Origin: Planctomycetota bacterium
Lineage (GTDB): Bacteria > Planctomycetota > GCA-002687715 > DRQF01
Direction: 5' to 3'
NCBI GenBank assembly: GCA_027001995.1
Contig: JALTLO010000182.1
Coordinates: 44,168 to 100,046 of the forward strand
DNA: 55,879 bases
The position numbers were made by a program, and so were the translations under genes. The first letter of the stretch is position 1; every line of letters starts with the position of its first letter. The notes under the pieces are model-generated. The model was given only the letters and a program-made list of their open reading frames with translations, searched no databases and was not told the DNA's origin. Below are positions 1-8,142 of this stretch, piece by piece.

Positions 1-85
1 CGGATTGGGACTCCGTCCTACAGTTCAGCGCTTCTTCCGTTCGATAGAGATGAAGAGGTGCGGAATGCACCGAGGATAAGGACTT

Positions 86-856
86 ATGACAAACCGCTAC
101 TCGATTTTCGGCAATTTCGATTCTGACAAACGTCGTCGCCAGGATGCTCATCGGACTCGCTATGAGAAAGCTTTGGATCTTGCTTCCTTGGGCGAGCATT
201 CTGAAGCCTTGGCACGGTATAAGATCCTCCTTTCTTTGCCGGATTTCCCCTACGATCTTCAGGCCAAGGCGTTGAATGATGTGGGTTGCATTCACTTTGT
301 CTTGGAAAACTGGGCTTTGGCCTTCGAATTCCTGCTTCTGTCCTTGGAGAAGGATTCTTACCACGAAGAATGCGAGGCGAATCTGATTGGTTTGATGACC
401 AACACGAGGTTCCTGTCCGCACTCAACAGGTGTCAACCAGAGATTAAATCTTGCTTGAAACACCTAAGGCTTCCCCATGGTCGATTGGCGACTGTGGATA
501 TCCGGGAATCTGTGGATGAAGGGAATGAGGCCCAAGTTGCGGCTTTCCTCAAGCGTGCGAAAGCTGAAGATCTCGTGGTAGCTCAAATTGGCACCGCCAC
601 GGCACCTTGTTTTGATGGTGGCTTCGACTTGCGGGATGAACTCTCTTCCTTGGCTCAAATTGCTGTCCTCATGACGTCCAATCTTCATGGTGGACCTGAG
701 AAGCGAGACGGCATTATTGCGGCCATATTTGATATTGAGTTTCATGCTATCGAGTCGTCTCACTATTGCGCCCCCTTGGTGCCCTCAGTTGAGCAACCGC
801 CCTTGATTCAATATCCCCAACTTACTTTGGCCAATCACAGTCCTTTCAATCACTGA
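86..856 (+). CDS. TPR-repeat protein with a possible degenerate GT9 (GT-B C-terminal) domain
   Basis: 256-aa ORF preceded by AAGGA. The N-terminal helical repeats are TPR-like (ALNDVGCIHFVLENWALAFEFLLLSLEKD...EANL). The C-terminal VAQIG...DLRDELSSLAQIAVL..SNLHGGP resembles the GT9 C-terminal half. Confidence 0.6.
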   Translation: MTNRYSIFGNFDSDKRRRQDAHRTRYEKALDLASLGEHSEALARYKILLSLPDFPYDLQAKALNDVGCIHFVLENWALAFEFLLLSLEKDSYHEECEANLIGLMTNTRFLSALNRCQPEIKSCLKHLRLPHGRLATVDIRESVDEGNEAQVAAFLKRAKAEDLVVAQIGTATAPCFDGGFDLRDELSSLAQIAVLMTSNLHGGPEKRDGIIAAIFDIEFHAIESSHYCAPLVPSVEQPPLIQYPQLTLANHSPFNH

Positions 857-1008
857 TTGATCATCCTCCAGTTTCGTTCTTGGAACTGCTGCCGGGAGGG
901 CCCGGGAGCGCTGAGAGGTTGGTTGGGAGACAAAGGTAGGGCTTCGCGCTGGCAGAGTGTTTGTTATGCTGGGTTTGCTCGACTGCAATCGCCCTGCTAT
1001 CGTGATTG

Positions 1009-3399
1009 ATGGAATCGAAGAATCTTGAGGGCGGGCGAGCTGGATTTGGGGTTCAAGGGGCTGTCTTTGTTCTTAGCCTTGGACTGATGCTTTTCGAACT
1101 CAGTTTGACCCGTGTTCTCAGTGTTCTTTATTACTACCACACGGCTTTCTTGGCTATCTCGATTGCAATGCTGGGTTTGGGAGCTGGAGGGTTGTTCTCT
1201 TACTTGGCCCCGGCGTTTACTTGGCGCCATAAGATTCCTTTGCTTGCTGGCTCCGCTATTTCGATGGGCCTTCTTCCTTTGCTCTACCCGGTGGTCTCTC
1301 TCGATTTGGCTTCTTTGGACGAGTTCACCGGATTTTCATTTCTTCTGTCATTGAGTCTCACAGCTTTCGCCATCGTCATTCCCTTTGTCGGCGGCGGGAT
1401 GCTATTGGCGCTCCTCTTGTCGCGGTACGATAAGAGTTTGAGCAAGCTCTATGCCCTTGACCTATGTGGTGCCGCAGTGGCGTGCCTCGCTTTGATTCCA
1501 TGGATGGAATTGTTGGGTGGCACGGGGGCGCTTTTTGCCAGCGGTTTTGTTGTTGCAAGCACTATTCTCTTCTTGTCTGGCTTTTCGTTTAAGCGTGTTG
1601 CACCAGCGTTTTTCTTGCTGTTGTTGGTTCTTATCCAACTGCGGTTTGCGGCCTTTCCTTTAGAGGTTGACTTGGAGTTGGTGGGTGGGGAGAAAGGGGA
1701 AATCCTCTCCGAACATTGGAACGCCCATTCTCGCGTGGTTGTGGTCGATCATGTCGGTTGGGACCGAGGACGCTCCGAATTGAAGTCTTTTGAGCACAGT
1801 GATTCCAATCCCAAACAACTCGACGCCTTGATTGACATCAATGCCTATGCCCCGATGGTGGCCTTTGATGGCGATTTAGAGCGAGTTTCCAATTTGAAGG
1901 ATCTGGTTAGCAATATTGGCTACCGCATCGCTCCGAAAGGATTTGAGGTTGTGATCATCGGTCCTGGAGGGGGGAAGGATGTTGTCGGGGCATTGCTTTT
2001 CGGCGCATCTCATGTCACTGGCATTGAGATCAATCCCATCATCGTCGAAGACTTAGTTCAGGGTGAGTTCAAGGATTTTACTGGCGACATCTATGGTCAG
2101 AAGAATGTTGACATCATTGTGGGGGATGGGCGCTCTGAGTTGTCCCGTATCGACAAGCAATTCGACTTCATTGTAGCCAACTCTGTGGCGACGTGGGCGG
2201 CTCACAGTTCAGGGGCAATGAATCTGGCGGAAACATCTCTTTTCACCGTCGAGGCTTTTCAAGAATATAGGAAGCGCTTGACACCCGATGGTATTCTCAG
2301 CATCTCTTTATGGGATGAAGTGCAGCATGCTCTTCCTATGCGCCTGATTCGAACATGGGCGACTTGCTTTGAAGAAGAGTTTGATGTCTCAGGAAGTGTT
2401 GCGGTTTTGGGCAATCGCTGGGGTGATGGTCGGTGGTTTACTTCGGTTCTGTTGTCGAATCGTCCTTTCTCTCCATCCCAAATTCAGACCTTGAGCCAGG
2501 CTGCGAAGGTCCTTGATTTCGACCCACTCTACTTGCCTGGATTGAATCGCACGCCTTTGGCCCCTTATGTTCGTGACTTCAATCAGTACAGCCAAGTCTC
2601 TGATCACAATATTGATCCGGCGACAGATGATCAGCCATTCTTCTTTTATACCCTTCCCTTTCTTGATGCCCTTCAATTTTGGCGGCCATCGATTGTTTCT
2701 GACAACACAGCTTGGGCATCACTTGCAGTGAGCTTGTTCGTCATAGCGGTGCTTGTGGGAATTCTATTTTACTTGCCGCTCCGGCGAGTTCGTCGGATGG
2801 TAAGTGCCCGTGATCGGCTAACTCTCTTGGAACAGGTTTTCTTTTGCGCCATTGGCGCCGGATTCATGTTTATTGAGATTTCTTTACTTCAGCGGCTTTC
2901 TCTTTTCTTGGGCCATCCGACCTTTGCGCTTACGGTCGGGTTGGCGGGCCTTCTGGCCTGGACTGGAGTGGGCGCCAAACTGAGTGGCATTTTCTCAAAG
3001 AAGTGGGCCGGAGAGAATTGGTTGGAATTTGCTCTCTATGGACTTTTGCTCGTCGTCGCCGTGTTCAGTTACTTAGTGCCAACACCGGGGGCGTGGGCGG
3101 CCACATGGACCAGCCCACAGCGGGTTGGCTTGGTACTCCTCTATTTGGCACCCATAGGAGTTTCCCTGGGGATACCCATGGCAGCCGCAATGGGAGCTTT
3201 GGGAACCAACAGGCGCGACACGATTGCCTGGGCTTGGGGCCTCAATGGTGCCAGCGGGGTATTGGCATCGGTGGTCGCCATCGTCGTTGCCATCACCATG
3301 GGGTTTACGGCTTCCTATTTCCTGGGTTGGCTGTTCTATCTTTGCGCGGCCCTAGCTTGGAAGGCTCATCGAATGGGGGAAAGATCAGTGAAAGAATGA
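1009..3399 (+). CDS. Polytopic membrane protein with central spermidine-synthase-like SAM/dcSAM-binding domain
   Basis: About 7 N-terminal and about 7 C-terminal hydrophobic helices flank a class I Rossmann core (VVIIGPGGGKDV, GIEINP, VGDGRS, LFTVEAF, PATDDQPFFF). ATG at 1009; alternative TTG at 1006. Confidence 0.85.
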   Translation: MESKNLEGGRAGFGVQGAVFVLSLGLMLFELSLTRVLSVLYYYHTAFLAISIAMLGLGAGGLFSYLAPAFTWRHKIPLLAGSAISMGLLPLLYPVVSLDLASLDEFTGFSFLLSLSLTAFAIVIPFVGGGMLLALLLSRYDKSLSKLYALDLCGAAVACLALIPWMELLGGTGALFASGFVVASTILFLSGFSFKRVAPAFFLLLLVLIQLRFAAFPLEVDLELVGGEKGEILSEHWNAHSRVVVVDHVGWDRGRSELKSFEHSDSNPKQLDALIDINAYAPMVAFDGDLERVSNLKDLVSNIGYRIAPKGFEVVIIGPGGGKDVVGALLFGASHVTGIEINPIIVEDLVQGEFKDFTGDIYGQKNVDIIVGDGRSELSRIDKQFDFIVANSVATWAAHSSGAMNLAETSLFTVEAFQEYRKRLTPDGILSISLWDEVQHALPMRLIRTWATCFEEEFDVSGSVAVLGNRWGDGRWFTSVLLSNRPFSPSQIQTLSQAAKVLDFDPLYLPGLNRTPLAPYVRDFNQYSQVSDHNIDPATDDQPFFFYTLPFLDALQFWRPSIVSDNTAWASLAVSLFVIAVLVGILFYLPLRRVRRMVSARDRLTLLEQVFFCAIGAGFMFIEISLLQRLSLFLGHPTFALTVGLAGLLAWTGVGAKLSGIFSKKWAGENWLEFALYGLLLVVAVFSYLVPTPGAWAATWTSPQRVGLVLLYLAPIGVSLGIPMAAAMGALGTNRRDTIAWAWGLNGASGVLASVVAIVVAITMGFTASYFLGWLFYLCAALAWKAHRMGERSVKE

Positions 3400-3417
3400 G
3401 CCAACCTGTCGAGTGAA

Positions 3418-4344
3418 TTACTTTGTTTTCTTGGGTGTTGTGGTTTTGATCTTGGGGCGAGGGTGAGACTTGAAGAACTTCCAAATGATCTTTGTAGCAT
3501 TGATGGAACGGCTGCCGTCGTGAGGCCATTCGTGTCCTCCGCCCTCCAGGCTATAAAGCACCACCTCTGTCTTGTTCTTGCCATGAGCCCAAGTGTCGAC
3601 GTGGATTCGTCCTTTTGCGGAGTCTTTGCGTTTCCGCTCTGAGCAGCTGTTGTACTTGGCGAAGAATTCAGCACTCTCCATGGCCGAGCGAGGCCCCACG
3701 AATGCTGCCTTCTTGCCATAATTTCGATCGTAACCTACCACTTGATCAGACATGCCGTGAATAGCGATGACCGACACCGACACCTTCGGACCAACACGAT
3801 CGATGAATAGGCCAGAGACGGGGCCGATGGCTGCAACCTTGTCCCCATGGGCGGCGGCGAAACAGTAACTCATGTAAGCTCCGCTACTATGACCAGTCAT
3901 GAACACTTTGTTCTTGTCGATACGATGTTCTTTGATGAGGCTTTTAATGAGCTTGCTCAGAAACTTGCAGTCTCGTGAATTCTGCCAACCCCAAGATTCC
4001 CAAGCCGCGGGCGACCCTAAGGCGGCGGGGAAGACGGCGATGAAGTTCTCCTTATCGGCAAGGTGTTTCCAGTCGCCGTAGTAAGGACCTGATGCGATGC
4101 GAGGTGTTCCACCTCTTCCATGGAGCATGAGCACCATGGGGATGAGCTTCTTTTGCTTCTTATTATATCTCTTGGGTAAGTGGAGTATGTAGGTTCGCTT
4201 TTTCTTTCCGACTTTGATGGTGCGGTCTGTCGTCCGCGATTTTTGGGCACTCACGGTCTCGGCTGGCAGGATCATGAATGCTGTGATCATGAGCCCTAAG
4301 GCAAAGCAAGGGAGCCTGAAAGAATACTGGGGAACCATGGACAA
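3418..4344 (-). CDS. Secreted PHB-depolymerase/LpqC-family esterase (alpha/beta hydrolase)
   Basis: Signal peptide, LMLHGRGG oxyanion motif, GHSSG nucleophile, HGMSD (Asp) and GGHEWP (His). Confidence 0.85.
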   Translation of the reverse strand: MSMVPQYSFRLPCFALGLMITAFMILPAETVSAQKSRTTDRTIKVGKKKRTYILHLPKRYNKKQKKLIPMVLMLHGRGGTPRIASGPYYGDWKHLADKENFIAVFPAALGSPAAWESWGWQNSRDCKFLSKLIKSLIKEHRIDKNKVFMTGHSSGAYMSYCFAAAHGDKVAAIGPVSGLFIDRVGPKVSVSVIAIHGMSDQVVGYDRNYGKKAAFVGPRSAMESAEFFAKYNSCSERKRKDSAKGRIHVDTWAHGKNKTEVVLYSLEGGGHEWPHDGSRSINATKIIWKFFKSHPRPKIKTTTPKKTK

Positions 4345-4493
4345 CTCCGGTCTGGGTAACTCAAGGCATGAAATTCTATCCTATACTGAAAACCCGGTCC
4401 ATCAGCGCTATTTTCCTTTCTCATCGTTCCCATTCAAACTAACATTCGCACTGCCATGAGTTTCTTGTTTCTTTCCGGGGAAGGTCCTTGTTT

Positions 4494-6113
4494 ATGCAAA
4501 CCGCCAGCCGTGCCGCCTTGTTCTTTTTCTTCCTCGCGATTTCCTTGTTGAGTACGAGTTGTGCGGTCACGGAGGTGGGGGTGAAACAGGCGATAGACCT
4601 GCCCTGTATCGCCGAATCCAGTCAATGGCAGGGTACGGGGCGCCACGCTGACGTTCTTGAGTTCATCGAAGAGCTCCAATCAAGATCGCCTGTACTTCGT
4701 GTCACCAGCATGGGCTATTCCACCGAAGGTCGATGTTTGCCACTGTTGATTCTGGCGGACCCTCCGGTGGCAAGCCCGGAAGAGGCACGGGCAAGCGGGA
4801 AACTCGTTGTCTATGCCCAAGGGGGCATTCATGCCGGTGAATGCTGCGGCAAAGAAGCTTTGCAAATGTTGGCTCGTGAGTTGGCATTGACCCCCAAACA
4901 CCCTTTGCTAAGCAACCTCATTATTCTGTTGGCTCCGATCTACAACCCTGATGGTAATGAGCGGATGGCCAAGAACAATCGGCCCGGGCAAGCCGGACCA
5001 GCACTTGGTATGGGACAACGGGCAAACGGCCAGGGTTATGATCTCAATCGAGACAACACCAAGTTAGATAGTCCCGAGGCCCAAGCACTGGCGCAGATGA
5101 TGACAGATTGGGACCCCTATCTGGTCATTGACACCCATACGACCAATGGATCTTTCCACCGGAATACTCTGACCTTCGATGGCCCCGTGAATCCCGCCGG
5201 TGACCAAGCCATCATTGATTTTGTCCGCAATACTTATTTGCCAACGGTCAGTCGGTCCTTGGCAGATGAAACTGGCTATAAGACAACTTTCTATGGCAAC
5301 TACAATCGCAACAAGACCCGCTGGACGACTTATGATGGCAGACCCCGATTCGGCACCCGCGCTCGGGGGATTCGGGGGATCATTTCGATTCTTACAGAGG
5401 CCTATAAGTATGCTTCCTACAAAGACCGTGTTCTGTGCACCAAAGAATTCTGCCGCCATCTCTTAACCTACGCCTCTGAACACGAAGGGGATATTCGGAG
5501 ATTGATTGAAGAGGTTCGGCAGCGCGCCGTCTCCTTGGGTGAAAGGCCAGCCCAAGAAAATGTTGTTTCCATTCGGGCTCGGGTGGCACGTATTCCCAAA
5601 GACTTGGTTCTGGATGGTTGGGTCGAGAAAGTCCCAGTGGGGGCTGATCCAAAACGAACCCGGCCAAAGCCCACCGCGGAAGAAGCCACCTATACCATGG
5701 AACATTGGGGAGCCTACCAATCAGATTTGGATGTCTTGCGGCCTGTGGCCTATGTCTATCCCACAGACATGGTGGGGCTAACATCGAAACTCAGGCAACA
5801 TGGAATCATGGCCGAGATTTTACCAACCGGGAGTCTAGTCAACCTGGAGATCTACCGGATCAAGAAGTTAACCCAAGCTAAGAGAATCTATCAAGGACAC
5901 CGACAAGTTACTGTTGAGGTCGAGCCTCGACAAAAGGAGTATCGCACGACCAGGCCGATGGCGCTGGTTCGGACGTCTCATCACTTGGGCAACTTGATTG
6001 TCTACTTGTTGGAGCCCCAGGCCGACGATGGTTTGACCTCGTGGGGACACTTTGACGGTATCCTGAAGGAAGCCAGTGACTTTCCTGTTTGGCGGGTGAT
6101 GTCACCGTTCTGA
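4494..6113 (+). CDS. M14-family zinc carboxypeptidase, probably secreted or a lipoprotein
   Basis: IHAGE zinc motif, YNPDG, DLNRD and IDTH. Hydrophobic N-terminus ending STSC. ATG at 4494; TTG at 4488 is also possible. Confidence 0.88.
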   Translation: MQTASRAALFFFFLAISLLSTSCAVTEVGVKQAIDLPCIAESSQWQGTGRHADVLEFIEELQSRSPVLRVTSMGYSTEGRCLPLLILADPPVASPEEARASGKLVVYAQGGIHAGECCGKEALQMLARELALTPKHPLLSNLIILLAPIYNPDGNERMAKNNRPGQAGPALGMGQRANGQGYDLNRDNTKLDSPEAQALAQMMTDWDPYLVIDTHTTNGSFHRNTLTFDGPVNPAGDQAIIDFVRNTYLPTVSRSLADETGYKTTFYGNYNRNKTRWTTYDGRPRFGTRARGIRGIISILTEAYKYASYKDRVLCTKEFCRHLLTYASEHEGDIRRLIEEVRQRAVSLGERPAQENVVSIRARVARIPKDLVLDGWVEKVPVGADPKRTRPKPTAEEATYTMEHWGAYQSDLDVLRPVAYVYPTDMVGLTSKLRQHGIMAEILPTGSLVNLEIYRIKKLTQAKRIYQGHRQVTVEVEPRQKEYRTTRPMALVRTSHHLGNLIVYLLEPQADDGLTSWGHFDGILKEASDFPVWRVMSPF

Positions 6114-6132
6114 TTCTTGCTGCATGGGGCCG

Positions 6133-7989
6133 CTAATTCTTCTCTTTGCTTTTCTTCAATTCCTGAATGACGAATTGAGCTTGGGGATCGCCGGGATGTT
6201 CCTTCAGGATGATTTGGGCAGCGGCTTCGGCTTCCTTTCTGTGGCCGAGTTGGAGGCGAATCATGGCGATGGAAACAAGAGTCTGGTGACGCTCTCTTCC
6301 CTTGGTGTGAGAAACAATGGCCTCCATAGCTTCAACGCCTGCTAAGGGGTTTTGCGTACGTTGGGCGTAACTCAGTTTCTGCCTCTGATAGAGGATGTTA
6401 TCGGGTTCCAATTCGATGGCTGGCTTCAGGGCTTCAAGAGCCTCTTTCCACCTTTGCTGAAAGTGGAGGACGCTGGCTAGGTCGGAATGACTTCCTGCGT
6501 GACTTGGATCGATTTTGGTGGCCCTGGTGAGCTCCTTGATAGCTTGCTCAGGTTTTCCAAGAGCCATGGCCAGCCCTGCCAACCGTGCGGGGTAACGGAC
6601 GTCAGAGAACAAAGAAAGACTCTCTGCTTTGGCGAAGGCCGACATGGCCTTTTTGCCATTGGTCTTCACTTTGTCTGGGAGCAGATCTTTGTTGCGCTCC
6701 CAAGCCCAACGAGGAACATCGGTTTGATTGAAGGCAAAGTTTCCCTGAAAAGTGTAATACTGCACCAAGCCACTATGGCCCACGAAGAGGAGCCAGAGGG
6801 TCGCTATTCCCAAGAACCAGCGACCGCTTTTTGTCCATTGGCCATGGCTCCGAAGAGCGTGGTTGGTGATGTGAAGAGTGTCAGATTTTTGGCCACGAAT
6901 CATGAGGCCAACGACAAAAGCAGTCAGCGCACTGAGGGAGAGAGAAAAGAGCATGGGCGATTGACCATGCAGAGAAGTAGCCCAAGTCGCAAAGGTGTCT
7001 GGCAAGCCAGCAAAGATAGTGAGAGTTAAGACGAATGCTATCACCATAGCCAGATCGGTTGCGAGGTCGAAGCCGAAGGGCAATTTGGCCCTTTTCTTAC
7101 TCTTGGCCCGTGCCAGAAGAGCCGGCTTGCCAAAGCCGAAGTAAAGCGCTTCTTCCGGGCATGAACTGATGCAGTCCAGGCATTTCATGCAACCAGCATT
7201 GACCACCATGCCGAACTGTTGAATTTCGTGCGTCACTTGAACATTACTGGTACAAACGGCGGTGCAATGGCCGCAAGCTTTGCAAGCATCCGTGACGCGG
7301 ATTCTTCCGGGAGCAAGCTTTTCACCGAGGGCGAAGACGCCCCCGTAAGGGCAAGCGTAGGTGCAGAATCCTTTGGCGCCCAAGACGTAAACCATCAAGA
7401 ACCCGGAGACGGCAAAGGTGGCAATGGTGAGCCAAGGTCCCGGAAATGTCTCCCAGAATTCCTCTTTGATAAAGCCAGCGCTGAAATCGGGGGCTCCCAA
7501 ATCGTTGCGGTGTCGATAAATGAGAGGCATGCCGAACATGACAAATGCCGCACCGAAAGGGATGAGAGTTAAGAACCGGGAACGCAATGGGCGCGGCTTG
7601 ATGCCAGCTCGTTTGAGGAGCCAGGCACAGAAATCTTGGACGGCCACCATGTGACATGCCCAACCGCAAAAGAACCGCCCGAAGATCAAAACGGAAACAG
7701 TTGAGATGATCATGAGGATGGCCCCGGCGTTGACCAGGCCGTCCCGCAGGGTGTACATGGCCTCGCTCGGCTCCAACGGCGAGACCGTGGAACCACTCAT
7801 CTTCCAATGCAAGATGTGAGCCAATGCCAGGACGTGAATTGCGATGAGGACAATGGCCCGCCTTCTGCCCATCCGTGATTTGCGAACTTGACCCCGAACA
7901 GGAGGGCCTTCAGCGTAGATCGCTTTGGGCAAGGCCGGATGATTGCATGATTCCTTACCCTGATTGCATGCCATCGCATATTCTCTCAC
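6133..7989 (-). CDS. Membrane 4Fe-4S polyferredoxin (NapH/YccM/CcoG-like) with C-terminal TPR repeats
   Basis: GRFFCGWAC, FCTYACPYG, CKACGHCTAVC and CMKCLDCISSCP motifs, multiple TM helices, and TPR-like C-terminal helices. Confidence 0.82.
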   Translation of the reverse strand: MREYAMACNQGKESCNHPALPKAIYAEGPPVRGQVRKSRMGRRRAIVLIAIHVLALAHILHWKMSGSTVSPLEPSEAMYTLRDGLVNAGAILMIISTVSVLIFGRFFCGWACHMVAVQDFCAWLLKRAGIKPRPLRSRFLTLIPFGAAFVMFGMPLIYRHRNDLGAPDFSAGFIKEEFWETFPGPWLTIATFAVSGFLMVYVLGAKGFCTYACPYGGVFALGEKLAPGRIRVTDACKACGHCTAVCTSNVQVTHEIQQFGMVVNAGCMKCLDCISSCPEEALYFGFGKPALLARAKSKKRAKLPFGFDLATDLAMVIAFVLTLTIFAGLPDTFATWATSLHGQSPMLFSLSLSALTAFVVGLMIRGQKSDTLHITNHALRSHGQWTKSGRWFLGIATLWLLFVGHSGLVQYYTFQGNFAFNQTDVPRWAWERNKDLLPDKVKTNGKKAMSAFAKAESLSLFSDVRYPARLAGLAMALGKPEQAIKELTRATKIDPSHAGSHSDLASVLHFQQRWKEALEALKPAIELEPDNILYQRQKLSYAQRTQNPLAGVEAMEAIVSHTKGRERHQTLVSIAMIRLQLGHRKEAEAAAQIILKEHPGDPQAQFVIQELKKSKEKN

Positions 7990-8142
7990 AAAGATCTCGT
8001 ATCAACTCAGCGTGTTTATGTTAACACGTTTCACGGCTGATATTGTCTCCTTTGATCTCGACATAAGGACGCAGGATGGGAGATCTTAATCCTGTGCAAC
8101 TTTGTTAGTATGGTAACGCGAAGCTTTTAGAATTCACCGGGC

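Noticed and set aside
8109..8118. TATGGTAACG occurring in two upstream regions (8109 and 28419)
   Set aside because: One shared 10-mer among a few kb of intergenic DNA is expected by chance. It may simply reflect -10-like sequence.
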